The notes: generated by a model from the sequence alone, not told the origin. A DNA stretch of 64,000 nucleotides from an uncultured Acidimicrobiia bacterium (GCA_963829165.1 CAWHIC010000003.1:22186-86185); one strand, 5' to 3'; numbered from the stretch's first letter, positions 47,289 through 57,580 are shown. Program-made: numbers and translations.

Positions 47289-48614
47289 GTGACCGGCGTG
47301 GACCTCGCGAACCGGGACATCCGACAGCGGCTGGCCGACGAGCTCGAGGCGGTGCGGCGGCGGTCGCTCGACCTGTTGGCGCCCCTCGACGACGACGCCC
47401 TCGTCCGCCAGCACTCGCCGTTGATGTCGCCCCTGGTCTGGGACCTGGCCCACGTCGGCAACTTCGAGGAGCTGTGGCTGCTGCGGGAGGTGGCCGGGGC
47501 CGAACCCATCGACGCCGCCCTCGACGACGTCTACGACGCCTTCCGCCACCCCCGGCCCAACCGTCCGTCGCTGCCGCTGCTGAGTCCGGTCGAGTCCCGC
47601 CGCTACCTGCTCGACGTGCGGGGCCGGGCCCTCGACGTCCTCGAGCGGGCTGAGTTGGACGGCGATTCGGCGCGGCCGCTGCTGGCGGGGGGGTTCGTCT
47701 ACGGGATGATCGTCCAGCACGAGCACCAGCACGACGAGACCATGCTCGCCACCCTCCAGCTCATGGCCGGCGACGGCTACCGGCCCCTGGCGCCTCCCCC
47801 GCCGCCGGCGGTCGACCCGGTGCCGTCGGGCGAGGTGTGGATCCCGCCGGGCCCGTTCGTGATGGGCACCGACTCCGAGCCCTTCGCCTACGACAACGAG
47901 CGTCCGGCCCACGAGGTCGACCTGCCCGGGTACCGGATCGACGCCGGCCCCGTCACCAACGGGCGCTACCTCGAGTTCGTCCTCGACGGCGGCTACGACC
48001 GGCCCGAGTGGTGGGAGGCCGAGGGGTGGGAGTGGCGCACCGAGAACAACGTCGGGCACCCCCAGTTCTGGGTGCCGGAAGGTCGGGACTGTTCCCGGGT
48101 GCGGTTCGGTTTCCGGGAGGAGCTGCCCCTCGACGAGCCCGTCCAGCACGTGTGCTGGTACGAGGCCGACGCCTTCGCCCGGTGGGCGGGCAAGCGCCTG
48201 CCGACCGAGGCCGAGTGGGAGAAGGCGGCGTCGTGGGGGCCGGACGGGGTCAAGCGCCGCTACCCGTGGGGCGACGAGGCGCCCACCGCCGGGGGGCGGC
48301 GGGCGAACCTGGGCGGCGGCCTGTACCGGCCGGCACCCGTAGGGGCCTACCCCGAGGGGGCCAGCGCCTACGGCTGCCACCAGATGATCGGCGACGTCTG
48401 GGAGTGGACGGCGAGCGACTTCGACCCCTACCCCGGGTTCTCCTCGTTCCCTTACCGGGAGTACTCCGAGGTCTTCTTCGGCTCGTCCTACAAGGTGTTG
48501 CGGGGCGGGTCGTGGGCCACCTCCCCGGCCGCGGTGCGGAACACGTTCCGCAACTGGGACTACCCCATCCGCCGCCAGATCTTCTCCGGGTTCCGCTGCG
48601 CCCGCAGCGCGTAA
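47289..48614 (+). CDS. egtB: Ergothioneine biosynthesis sulfoxide synthase EgtB (DinB_2 + FGE-sulfatase domains)
   Basis: [34 protein letters not shown]-like [18 protein letters not shown]. Followed by egtC and egtD. Start GTG 47289 is uncertain by a few codons. Confidence 0.85.
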   Translation: MTGVDLANRDIRQRLADELEAVRRRSLDLLAPLDDDALVRQHSPLMSPLVWDLAHVGNFEELWLLREVAGAEPIDAALDDVYDAFRHPRPNRPSLPLLSPVESRRYLLDVRGRALDVLERAELDGDSARPLLAGGFVYGMIVQHEHQHDETMLATLQLMAGDGYRPLAPPPPPAVDPVPSGEVWIPPGPFVMGTDSEPFAYDNERPAHEVDLPGYRIDAGPVTNGRYLEFVLDGGYDRPEWWEAEGWEWRTENNVGHPQFWVPEGRDCSRVRFGFREELPLDEPVQHVCWYEADAFARWAGKRLPTEAEWEKAASWGPDGVKRRYPWGDEAPTAGGRRANLGGGLYRPAPVGAYPEGASAYGCHQMIGDVWEWTASDFDPYPGFSSFPYREYSEVFFGSSYKVLRGGSWATSPAAVRNTFRNWDYPIRRQIFSGFRCARSA

Positions 48615-48618
48615 CCCC

Positions 48619-49365
48619 ATGTGCCGCTTCATCTCCTATCTCGGTCCGCCGGTGTCGCTGGCGTCGGTGGTGCTCGACCCGCCGCACGGCCTGAAACGCC
48701 AGGCCTGGGCGCCGAGACACCAGCGGATGGGAGCGATCAACGTCGACGGGTTCGGGGTGGGGTGGTACGACTTCGGCCGGCGGCCGGAGCCCGCCCGCTA
48801 CCGCACCGCCCGCCCCATCTGGGCCGACCGGTCTTTCGAGAGCCTGGCCGGGCTGGTGGTGGCGCCCGCCCTGGTGGCGGCGGTGCGCGACGCCACACCC
48901 CCGTCGCCGGTGGAGGAGACGGGCAGCCAACCGTTCACGTCGGGGCCGTGGCTGTTCGTCCACAACGGCAAGGTCGAGGGATGGGGGGTCGACCCGTCGG
49001 TGAAAGCGGCCTTGCGACGGCCGCTGTCCGACCGGCGGGCGGCGGGGGTGGAGGGCGGCGCCGACTCCGAGATCCTCTTCGCCCTCGTCCTCGACGCCCT
49101 CGACGGGGGGGCGGGGCCGGCCGAGGCCTTGGCCGCGGTGGTCGAATCCGCCCAGGCCGTGGCCCCGTCGATCCTCAACCTCCTGCTCACCGACGGCCAC
49201 CAAGTGGCGGCCACCACTGGCGGCGACTCGCTGTTCGTCCTCCGGGGCGAAGCGTCGGTCGTGGTCGCGTCCGAGCCCTACGACGACGACCCCGCCTGGG
49301 AGCGGGTGCCGGACGGGTCGATGGTGGAAGCCCGTCCCGGATGGGTAACGACGGTGGCGCGGTGA
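48619..49365 (+). CDS. egtC: Ergothioneine biosynthesis amidohydrolase EgtC (class II GATase fold)
   Basis: [14 protein letters not shown].. has the N-terminal nucleophile Cys2. 248 aa, located between egtB and egtD. Confidence 0.85.
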   Translation: MCRFISYLGPPVSLASVVLDPPHGLKRQAWAPRHQRMGAINVDGFGVGWYDFGRRPEPARYRTARPIWADRSFESLAGLVVAPALVAAVRDATPPSPVEETGSQPFTSGPWLFVHNGKVEGWGVDPSVKAALRRPLSDRRAAGVEGGADSEILFALVLDALDGGAGPAEALAAVVESAQAVAPSILNLLLTDGHQVAATTGGDSLFVLRGEASVVVASEPYDDDPAWERVPDGSMVEARPGWVTTVAR

Positions 49366-50358
49366 CTCCTCGGATCGACGTCCACCTCGCCCCGGGGGCC
49401 ATGCGGGCCGCCCTGCGGGCCGACGTGGCCGACGGGCTGACCTCCACGCCCAAGGAACTGCCGCCCAAGTGGTTCTACGACGACGTCGGGTCGCGGCTGT
49501 TCGACGAGATCACCCGCCTGCCCGAGTACTACCCGACCCGCCGGGAGCGGTGCATCCTCGAGCACCACGCGGCCGACGTCGCCCGCCTGAGCGGGGCCGA
49601 CACGCTGGTCGAGCTGGGCTCGGGAACGTCGGAGAAGACCAGGCTCCTCCTCGACGCCTTCCTGGCCCGGGAGGCCGGCGGCGGCGAGGGCGGCGGCGGC
49701 GCCTTCCGGCGCTTCGTGCCCTTCGACGTGAGCGAGACCACCCTGCGGGAGGCGGCGGCGGCGGTGGCCGTCGAGTACCCCACGGTGCAGGTCCACGCGG
49801 TGGTGGGCGACTTCGAGCACCACCTGGGCACCCTGCCCGCCGGCGGGCGGCGGCTGGTGGCCTTCCTCGGCGGCACCATCGGCAACCTCGACCCCAAGCC
49901 CCGGGCCCAGTTCCTGGCCGACCTGGCCGCGGGGACTGGTCCCCGGCGACAGCCTCCTGCTCGGCACCGACCTGGTGAAGGACGTCGACCGCCTGGTGGC
50001 CGCCTACGACGACGACGCCGGCGTCACCGCCGCCTTCAACCGCAACGTCCTCGCCGTCGTCAACCGCGAGCTCGACGCCGACTTCGTCCCCGACCGCTTC
50101 ACCCACGTCGCCCTCTTCGACGAGGAGCAGGAGTGGATCGAGATGCGGCTGCGGTCGGACGTGAGGCAGGCGGTGCGGATCGACGACCTCGACCTGGTCG
50201 TCGACTTCGAGGCGGGCGAGGAGATGCGCACCGAGATCAGCGCCAAGTTCCGGCGCCAGGGCGTGGAGTCGGAGCTGGCGGCCGCCGGCCTCGCCCTCAC
50301 CCGGTGGTGGACCGATCCCGCCGGCGATTTCGCCCTGTCACTCTCCTTCAAGGAGTAG
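49362..50358 (+). pseudogene. egtD: Histidine N-alpha-methyltransferase EgtD, frame broken near 49931-49935
   Basis: [53 protein letters not shown]. The sequence continues in ORF 49975..50358 ([24 protein letters not shown]..). GTG 49362 overlaps the egtC stop. Confidence 0.8.
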
Positions 50359-50380
50359 CCCGGGGCCAACAACAAAAGAA

Positions 50381-50408
50381 GAAGCCCGGTCCCTGGGGAC
50401 CGGGCTTC
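50381..50408. terminator. Bidirectional intrinsic terminator between the convergent egtD and surface-protein genes
   Basis: GAAGCCCGGTCCC / GGGACCGGGCTTC hairpin, with an A-run (aacaaaagaa) on one side and a T-rich stretch (tctcgtgttctgt) on the other. Confidence 0.7.
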
Positions 50409-50436
50409 TCGTGTTCTGTCGGATGGCGCGGGACGG

Positions 50437-51857
50437 CTAGCCGCCGCCTCCCGGATCGGGCGGCTCATCCTGGCCGTCGGTGGCCCCCGCCTCGAAGGCG
50501 GTGAGGGCCTCGGACGTGGCCGGGTCGAGCGCACTCAGGACGCTGCGGTTGTGGGTGACCGCGGGCGGGGTCTCGAGCGGGCGGAACTCGGGGTTGACCG
50601 GCGGGCCCGCCGCCTCGGGTGCGGCGTAGACCACCGGGGTGAAGCTCTGCTCGCTCCGGCGGACCAGGGCCCCCAGGGCGATGGCCAGCATGCCCAGGCC
50701 GACCAGCGGCAGCAGGTTGCTACCGGTGCGGGCCAGCGGCGGGGCAGCCACGGTGGGCGGCCGGGTGGTGCTGGTGGTCGTGGAGGGCAGGGTGCTGCCG
50801 GCCGGCGGCACGGTGACCACCGGGGCCAGCGTGGTGCTGGTGGTGGTGGTGGCGGCCGGGGCCACGGTGGTGGTCGTGGCCCGGGTGGTGGTGGTGGTGG
50901 CCGGGACCGTGGTGGTGGTGGTGGTTGTGGTGGCCGGGATCGTGGTGGTTGTGGTCGTGTGGTCGCCGGGATGGTCGAGGTGGTCGTGGTGGTGGTGGCG
51001 CCCGGGATCGTGGTGGTGGTGGTGGTCGACGTCGACGTGGTGGAGGTGGACGAGGTGGTGCTGGTCGACGTGGAGGTGCTGGTGGACGTCGAGGTGGAGG
51101 TGCTGGTGGACGTGGACGTCGAGGTGGAGGTGGACGTCGAGGTGGTGGTCACCAGGTTGACGTCGGGGCCGTTGGCGGAGCAGTTGACCTCGGCCAGGAC
51201 GATCTCGACGACGCCGAGCAGGCTGCCCAGGCCGGGCAGCACGGTGATGTGCGCGCCCCGGACCTGGATGGCGGTAGCGCCGACCGAATTGGAGATCGTC
51301 TGCTCGTTGAGCGTGACCTCGAGGATGCCGGGGAGCGTGAGGTTGGTGTTGGCTGCGGGAGAGCCGAGGATCGGGGTGCCGCCCAGGACACCGCCCACGA
51401 TCTCGGTGAAGCCGGAGGAACCGTCGCCGTTCGACGTGCACTGCGCCTCGACGGCGTCGATGGCGAGTGAGCCGAGGCCGATGAGGACGTCGGCCACGGT
51501 GGCCCGGGCGTGGGAGAAGGCGTTGTGACCGGTGGGGTCGCCGGCGGCGACGCCGCTGCCGTCGACCGAGCCGGTGAGCACGCCCAGGCTCAACAGGCCG
51601 GGAATGGAGAGGGGGATGGCGGACTGGGCGGTGGGCCCGTAGCCGTCGGTGGGCTCGGTGGCCGTGCCCGACACGGCCGGCGTCGGCGCCAGGAGCTGGC
51701 CCAGGAGGCCCGACTGGATGGTGGCGCCGTAGGCGTCGCTCGACACCGAGTCGACGTCGGCGATGGCCGATGGGGTGACCGCCGCCAGGATGATGGCCAT
51801 GACCGGTATGCCGGCGATAGCGACCGCTCGTATCCTCGACCTACGACCTGCGATCAT
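50437..51857 (-). pseudogene. LAxTG-anchored surface protein, paralogue A (1-nt frame break in the Thr-linker near 50959)
   Basis: ATG 51857, signal MIAGRRSRIRAVAIAGIPVMAIILAAVTPSAIA. The ~230-aa conserved domain matches the neighbour gene. Then (ST)n/(T)n linker; after the shift ..PPLARTGSNLLPLVGLGMLAIALGALVRRSE. Confidence 0.7.
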
Positions 51858-51977
51858 CTCAGCACTCCTTCGAAAGGTCTGGCGCTCCCCACCCCGCACC
51901 CCGCCCGAGTTCAAGACGACGACGGGCGAACCTTAGTCGACCGGCTCCCGCGATACGAGTTTGCTGACAAGAAACCC

Positions 51978-52013
51978 GAAAGGCCCGGCTCCCAAACAGG
52001 AGCCGGGCCTTTC
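51978..52013 (-). terminator. Intrinsic terminator after surface-protein paralogue B
   Basis: GAAAGGCCCGGCTCC-caaaca-GGAGCCGGGCCTTTC, a perfect 15-bp stem. GGGTTTCTTGTC follows on the minus strand. Confidence 0.8.
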
Positions 52014-52027
52014 GTCACTCACGAGGC

Positions 52028-53299
52028 TTAGGGGCGTGGGCCGGGATCGTCGTCGCCGAACGCCGACAGGGCGTCTCGGGCGGCGGCGTCGAGCGGGTTG
52101 CGGCGCACCCGGCGGCGGGCGGCGGAGGGCCGGGAGTCGACCGGGTGGAACTGGATCGGGGCGGGCGGGGCGATCGGGGCGGCGGGCGCCTCGGTGGCGA
52201 CCAGGAGGAAGCCCTCACTGCGGCGGACCAGCACACCGAGGGCGATGGCCAGCAAGCCGATGGCAACCATGGGCATGGCGCTGGAACCGGTGCGGGCCAG
52301 CGGCGGCGGCACCGTCACCACCGGAGCCCGGGTGGTGGTGGTGGTCGGCGGAAGGGTGCTCCCGGCCGGCGGCACGGTGACGACCGGGGCGATGGTGGTG
52401 CTGGTGGTGGTGGTCGCCGCCGGGGCGACGGTGGTGCTGGTCGTGCTGGTCGTGCTGGTGGAGGTGGTGGTGGTCGTGGTGGCCCCGACGACCGTGGTGG
52501 TGGTCGTGGTGGTGGTGGCGGGGATGGTGGTGGTGGTCGTGGTGGTGGTGGGGGCCGTCGTGGTGGTCGTGGTGGTCGTGGTGGTGGTGGGGACCACGTT
52601 GACGTCGGGCCCGTTGGCCGAGCAGTTGGACTCGGCCAGGACGATCTCGACGACGCCCAGCAGGCTGCCCAGGCCCGGCAGGACGGTGACGTGGGCGCCC
52701 CGGACCTGGATGGCGGTGGCGCCGATCGAGTTGGAGATCGTCTGCTCGTTCAGCGTGACCTCGAGGATGCCGGGGAGCGTGAGGGCGGTGTTGGCCGCAG
52801 GGGAGCCGAGGAGCGGGGCGCCGCCCAGCACCCCGCCGATGATCTCGGTGAAGCCGCTGGAGCCGCTGCCGTTCGACGTGCACTGGGTCTCGATGGCGTC
52901 GATGGCGAGCGATCCGAGACCGATGAGGACGTCGGCGACGCTGGCCCGGGCGTGGGAGAAGGCGTTGTGACCGGCCGGTTCGCCGGCGGCGACCCCACTG
53001 CCGTCGACGGAGCCGGTGAGCACGCCGAGGCTGAGCAGGCCGGGGATGGAGAGGGGGATGGCGGACTGGGTGATCGGGCCGTAGCCGTCGACGGGCTCGG
53101 TGGCGGTGCCCGACACGGCCGGCGTCGGCGCCAGCAGCGCGCCCAGGAGGCCCGACTGGATGGTGGCCCCGTAGGCGCTGCTCGTCACCGAGTCGACGTC
53201 GGCCTGGGCCGACGGGGCCAGGGTGGCCAGGATGATGGCCGCGATCGGGATGCCCGCAAGCGCGGCGGCCCGGATCCTCGACGTTCGAGAAGCGATCAT
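52028..53299 (-). CDS. LAxTG-anchored surface protein, paralogue B
   Basis: 423 aa with an AGGAGGAG SD. Signal MIASRTSRIRAAALAGIPIAAIILATLAPSAQA, a conserved N-domain, poly-Thr linker, then PPLARTGSSAMPMVAIGLLAIALGVLVRRSE. Confidence 0.75.
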   Translation of the reverse strand: MIASRTSRIRAAALAGIPIAAIILATLAPSAQADVDSVTSSAYGATIQSGLLGALLAPTPAVSGTATEPVDGYGPITQSAIPLSIPGLLSLGVLTGSVDGSGVAAGEPAGHNAFSHARASVADVLIGLGSLAIDAIETQCTSNGSGSSGFTEIIGGVLGGAPLLGSPAANTALTLPGILEVTLNEQTISNSIGATAIQVRGAHVTVLPGLGSLLGVVEIVLAESNCSANGPDVNVVPTTTTTTTTTTTAPTTTTTTTTIPATTTTTTTTVVGATTTTTTSTSTTSTTSTTVAPAATTTTSTTIAPVVTVPPAGSTLPPTTTTTRAPVVTVPPPLARTGSSAMPMVAIGLLAIALGVLVRRSEGFLLVATEAPAAPIAPPAPIQFHPVDSRPSAARRRVRRNPLDAAARDALSAFGDDDPGPRP

Positions 53300-53505
53300 C
53301 CCCCGGACTCCTCCTGTTGGTTCCTGCCCTACCGCCGTCCCACCCGCACCTGCTCCCGCTCGAGCAGACGGCGTAACCTATCCGAGCGGGCAACCCTCAC
53401 GCCAGTATTGAGGGAGAACCTTTTGTAAACGCTCAGCGTGCTTCCCGCTGCTCTACGTGGTAACTCCAAAGCTCAGTGCCCGTGGCCACCGGCCCCCCAC
53501 GATCT

Positions 53506-53605
53506 GGTGACGGTTACCGCCCTGTGAGGGCTGTAAGTGTCACCGGTTCGGCACTCCCCTGCGACTTGTGACTGTTACCGCCCTGTGAGGGCTGTAAGTG
53601 TCACC
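53506..53605. repeat. Second locus (2 copies, 61-bp period) of the same hairpin repeat family as 38908-39105
   Basis: GGTGACGGTTACCGCCCTGTGAGGGCTGTAAGTGTCACC (53506-53544) plus linker GGTTCGGCACTCCCCTGCGACTT, then GTGACTGTTACCGCCCTGTGAGGGCTGTAAGTGTCACC (53568-53605). The second copy covers the gatB stop codon. Confidence 0.85.
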
Positions 53606-55010
53606 GGTTGCCGGCAGCGAGGTCGCGAAGGCGGGCGTTGACGGCCTTTCCGTCGGCCTGGCCCTGGGTGGCGGCCATGACCTTGCCCACGAAGAAGCCG
53701 GCCAGCCTGGCCTCGCCGTCCTTGAAGCGGGCCCACTCGCCGGGGTTGTCGGCCACCACCTGGTCGACCACCCCGGCCAGGGCGTCGACGCCGAGGGCCT
53801 CGAAGCCGCGGGCCGTGGCGATCGCCACCGGGTCGCCGCCGCCGGCCAGCACCTCGGCCAGGACCTGCTTGGCCTGGGTGGAGGTGAGGCGCCCGTCGCC
53901 CTCCATCACCAGGACGGTCGTGAACGCGGCCCCGTCGACGTCGGCCGGCGCCACGTGGCCCGCGGCCACCTCGTTGGCGGCCCGGTTCAACGCCAGCCGG
54001 GGGTCGGCGCCGCCGGCGATGGCCGCCGTCACCAGGTCGTCGAGGCCGAGGGCGACCACCGTCACCACTGCCTTGTCGTCGGCGCCCACGCCCGCGGCCG
54101 CGGCCAGCGAGCGGCGGCGGTCGGCGGGCAGGGCGGGCAGGGCGGCGGCCACCGCGTCCCGCCACTCGTCCGACGGGGCCAGCGGCACCAGGTCGGGCTC
54201 GGGGAAGTAGCGGTAGTCGTAGGCCTCCTCCTTGGAACGCATCGACGACGTGCGGCCCGCGTCCTCGTTCCAGTGCCGGGTCTCCTGGACGACCTTCTCC
54301 CCCGCCTCCAGCAGCCCGATCTGGCGCCTGACCTCGTAGTCGACAGCCCGTCCGAGGGACCGCACCGAGTTGAGGTTCTTGATCTCGGCCCGGGTCCCGA
54401 GGGTGGCCGAGCCCGCCGGCCGGACCGACACGTTGGCGTCGATCCGCAGCGACCCCTCCTCCATGCGGGCGTCGGAGGCCCCGATCGCCACCAGGATGGC
54501 CCGCAGCTCGTTCACGTAGGCCCGGGCCTCGTCTGCCGAGCGGATGTCGGGCTCGCTGACGATCTCCACCAGGGGCACCCCGGCCCGGTTGTAGTCGACC
54601 AGGGCGTAGTCGGCCCCGTGGATGCGCCCGCTCTCGCCCACGTGGGTGGTCTTGCCCGTGTCCTCCTCCATGTGGGCCCGGGTGACGCCGATGCGGGTGC
54701 CGTCGGGGAGGTCGAGGTGGCCGCCGACGTTGATGGGCTGGTCGTACTGGCTGACCTGGTAGTCCTTCGGCATGTCCGGATAGAAGTAGTTCTTCCGGTG
54801 GAAGACCGAGGGCAGCACCTCGCAGTGCAGGGCCGTACCGACGGCCATGGCCAGCTCCACCGACCGCCGGTTGAGCACGGGCAGCGATCCCGGCAGGCCG
54901 AGGCAGACGGGGCACACGTTGGTGTTGGGCTCGTCGCCGAAGACGTTGGGGCAGCCGCAGAACAGCTTGGTGGCGGTGGCCAGCTCGCAGTGGACCTCCA
55001 GCCCGATCAC
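53601..55010 (-). CDS. gatB: Asp/Glu-tRNA amidotransferase subunit B
   Basis: IGLEVHCELATATKLFCGCPN..NTNVCPVCLGLPGSLPVLN. GTG 55010 is the only in-frame start, but conserved-looking residues (..SLASWETV) lie upstream of it. Confidence 0.9.
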   Translation of the reverse strand: MIGLEVHCELATATKLFCGCPNVFGDEPNTNVCPVCLGLPGSLPVLNRRSVELAMAVGTALHCEVLPSVFHRKNYFYPDMPKDYQVSQYDQPINVGGHLDLPDGTRIGVTRAHMEEDTGKTTHVGESGRIHGADYALVDYNRAGVPLVEIVSEPDIRSADEARAYVNELRAILVAIGASDARMEEGSLRIDANVSVRPAGSATLGTRAEIKNLNSVRSLGRAVDYEVRRQIGLLEAGEKVVQETRHWNEDAGRTSSMRSKEEAYDYRYFPEPDLVPLAPSDEWRDAVAAALPALPADRRRSLAAAAGVGADDKAVVTVVALGLDDLVTAAIAGGADPRLALNRAANEVAAGHVAPADVDGAAFTTVLVMEGDGRLTSTQAKQVLAEVLAGGGDPVAIATARGFEALGVDALAGVVDQVVADNPGEWARFKDGEARLAGFFVGKVMAATQGQADGKAVNARLRDLAAGNR

Positions 55011-55038
55011 CGTCTCCCAACTGGCGAGTGACGGCCGA

Positions 55039-56481
55039 TCAAGGCCTTCGCCGAACGGCCCTCCGTTCCAGGGCGGCCGCGGCCCGGAAGAGCACCGGCT
55101 CGCCGAGGGCGGGGGCGTAGAGCTGGATGCCGACGGGCATCCCGTCGTCGCCCGTGCCGAAGGGGACCGACACCGCCGGGTGGCCGGCCAGGTTGGACGG
55201 GATGGTGCACACGTCCGACAGGTACATGGCCAGGGGATCGTCGCTCTTGGCCCCCAGGGGGAAGGCGGTGGTGGGCGAGGTGGCCGACAGCAGCAGGTCG
55301 AACTGGGCGTAGGCCGCCTCGAGGTCGCGGATGAGGAGGGTGCGGACCCGCTGCGCCTGCCCGTAGTAGGCGTCGTAGTAGCCGGCGGACAGGGCGTAGG
55401 TGCCGAGCATGATGCGGCGCTTGACCTCGGGCCCGAAGCCGGCGGCGCGGGTGGCCCCGTACATGGCGGTGACGTCGCCAGTGCTGTCGGGACCAGGGTC
55501 GACCCGCAGCCCGTACCGCACCCCGTCGTACCGGGCCAGGTTGCTCGACGCCTCGGCGGTGGCGATGAGGTAGTAGGCGGACAGGCCGAGGGTGACCGAC
55601 GGCACCGACACCTCGTCGACCTTGGCCCCCTCCGCCGCCAGGGCGGCCGCGGCCTCGGTGAGGCGGGCCCCGACGTCGGGGTCGAGTCCGTCGACCAGTT
55701 CCCGCACGACGCCCACCCGCAGACCCTCGACGCCCTCGCCCAGCACGCCGCTCACCCGGGGCGCGGGCCCGGCGATCGACGTGGAGTCGAGCGGATCGTG
55801 GCCGCCGATGACCTCGAGGAGGGCGGCCGCGTCGGCCACCGTGGCCGCGAACGGGCCGATCTGGTCGAGGGACGAGGCGAAGGCCACCAGCCCGTACCGG
55901 GACACCACGCCGTAGGTGGGCTTCATGCCCACCACCCCGCACAGGGCCGCCGGCTGGCGGATGGACCCGCCGGTGTCGGAGCCCAGGGCCAGTGGGGCGA
56001 AGCCGGCCGCCACCGCCGCCGCGCTCCCCCCGCTCGATCCCCCCGGCACCCGGGACGGGTCGTGGGGGTTGCGGGTGGGCCCGAACGCCGAGTTCTCGGT
56101 GGACGATCCCATGGCGAACTCGTCCATGTTCGTCTTGCCCACGATGATCGCCCCCGCCTCCCGCAGCCGGGAGACCACGGTGGCGTCGTACGGCGGCCGC
56201 CACCCCTGGAGGATGCGCGAGCCGCACGTGGTGGGAATGCCCCGGGTGGCGAGGTTGTCCTTGAGCGCCACCGGCACGCCGGCCAGGGGCCCGGGGTCGT
56301 CCCCCGCCGCGATCCTCCGGTCGATCACGTCGGCCGCGCCCAGGGCGTCGGCGTGGAGCACCAGGTTGAAGGCGTGCAGCTCCGGCTCGCGGGCGGCGAT
56401 GGCCTCCAGGTGCGCTTCCACCACCTCCCGAGCCGACCGTCGGCGGGCACGGACGTCGGCCACGATCTCGACCGCGGTCAC
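55039..56481 (-). CDS. gatA: Glu-tRNA(Gln) amidotransferase subunit A
   Basis: Amidase signature [14 protein letters not shown] and [18 protein letters not shown] 56481 lies 10 nt after the gatC stop. Confidence 0.95.
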   Translation of the reverse strand: MTAVEIVADVRARRRSAREVVEAHLEAIAAREPELHAFNLVLHADALGAADVIDRRIAAGDDPGPLAGVPVALKDNLATRGIPTTCGSRILQGWRPPYDATVVSRLREAGAIIVGKTNMDEFAMGSSTENSAFGPTRNPHDPSRVPGGSSGGSAAAVAAGFAPLALGSDTGGSIRQPAALCGVVGMKPTYGVVSRYGLVAFASSLDQIGPFAATVADAAALLEVIGGHDPLDSTSIAGPAPRVSGVLGEGVEGLRVGVVRELVDGLDPDVGARLTEAAAALAAEGAKVDEVSVPSVTLGLSAYYLIATAEASSNLARYDGVRYGLRVDPGPDSTGDVTAMYGATRAAGFGPEVKRRIMLGTYALSAGYYDAYYGQAQRVRTLLIRDLEAAYAQFDLLLSATSPTTAFPLGAKSDDPLAMYLSDVCTIPSNLAGHPAVSVPFGTGDDGMPVGIQLYAPALGEPVLFRAAAALERRAVRRRP

Positions 56482-56491
56482 GTTTCGGCGC

Positions 56492-56767
56492 TCACGGGGC
56501 CTCACCGAGGATGCGGGGGACCTTGAACCGGCCCGACTCGGCCGCCGGCGCCGCCGCCAGCACCTCGTCGCGGTCGAGGCTCGGGCGCACCACATCGTCC
56601 CGGAGGACGTTGACCAGGGGCAGGGGATGGGCCGTCGGAGGTACGCCGGTCGTGTCGAGGGCGGCCACGTCGGCCGCGTGGTCGAGCACCGCCGCCAGCT
56701 GGCCGGTGAACTCGTCGATCTCCTCGTCGGTCAGCGCCAGCCGGGCCAGCACGGCCACGTGCACCAC
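56492..56767 (-). CDS. gatC: Asp/Glu-tRNA amidotransferase subunit C
   Basis: [36 protein letters not shown]. The N-terminus is uncertain (LSRDDV lies upstream of the first GTG). Confidence 0.9.
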   Translation of the reverse strand: MVHVAVLARLALTDEEIDEFTGQLAAVLDHAADVAALDTTGVPPTAHPLPLVNVLRDDVVRPSLDRDEVLAAAPAAESGRFKVPRILGEAP

Positions 56768-56830
56768 GTCGTCCCGGCTCAGCGCACAAGTTTCTCCACC
56801 GGCCCATCGTAGGACCGGGTCCGTCCCGGC

Positions 56831-57541
56831 TCAGCCCGCTTTCGTGACCCGGCGGGCGAAGGCGACCACCGCCGCTTCCAGCACGTCCCGCTCCACGTCG
56901 AGGGTGGCCAGGTGGAAGCTCTGCTCGAGGATCACCCGCTCCACCGGGCCGGCCACGCCCTCGGCCAGCATGTCGCTCGACACCGCCGGCACCACGTGGT
57001 CGTGGCCGCTGGTGACGATCAGCGTCGGGCACGTCACCCGGCCCAGCCGTCCCACCAGCTCGTCCTGGGCCTCGAACAGGGAGAGCATGGGCTCGATGGG
57101 CCACTCGGGATAGGCCACCTCCCGGGCGCCGGGTTCGGAGACGTCGTTGGCCGGGCCCGGCACGTACGGGTGACCGGCGGCCACGAACGCCCGCAGCAGC
57201 TCCCGGAACGACTCCGCCGGCGGGTCGATCATGGGGTTGAGGCACGCCAGGCCGGCGACACCGTCGACACGGGACGTCGCCAGCCACGTGGCCAGCGTCC
57301 CGCCCATCGACAGCCCGGCCACGACGGCCCGCTCATGGCGGGCGGCCAGCTTGTCCCACGCCTCCTCGGCCGCCCCCACCCAGTCCTCCCACCGCCGGGC
57401 GTCGAGGTCTTCGACGGTGGTGCCGTGGCCGGGCAGGAGGGGGACGTCGACGTCGAAACCGGCTCCGGTGAGGGCCGCGGTCAGACCCTCCACGCTCTGG
57501 GGCGTGGATGTGTAGCCGTGGAGGAGGAGGACGCCGGCCAT
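56831..57541 (-). CDS. Alpha/beta hydrolase (carboxylesterase/lipase-like)
   Basis: VLLLHGYTSTP, nucleophile elbow GLSMGG, ..SGHDHVVP. Confidence 0.8.
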   Translation of the reverse strand: MAGVLLLHGYTSTPQSVEGLTAALTGAGFDVDVPLLPGHGTTVEDLDARRWEDWVGAAEEAWDKLAARHERAVVAGLSMGGTLATWLATSRVDGVAGLACLNPMIDPPAESFRELLRAFVAAGHPYVPGPANDVSEPGAREVAYPEWPIEPMLSLFEAQDELVGRLGRVTCPTLIVTSGHDHVVPAVSSDMLAEGVAGPVERVILEQSFHLATLDVERDVLEAAVVAFARRVTKAG

Positions 57542-57580
57542 GTTCCGGTCAGGCTATTGGGCACGGCTACGGTGCATCCG

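Noticed and set aside
50830-51150. (GGT)n / GTCGAC-GTGGAG microsatellite-like tracts (also at 52390-52600 and 17790-17890)
   Set aside because: These are not independent non-coding repeats. They encode the Thr/Ser or Pro-Thr linkers of surface and membrane proteins on the minus strand.
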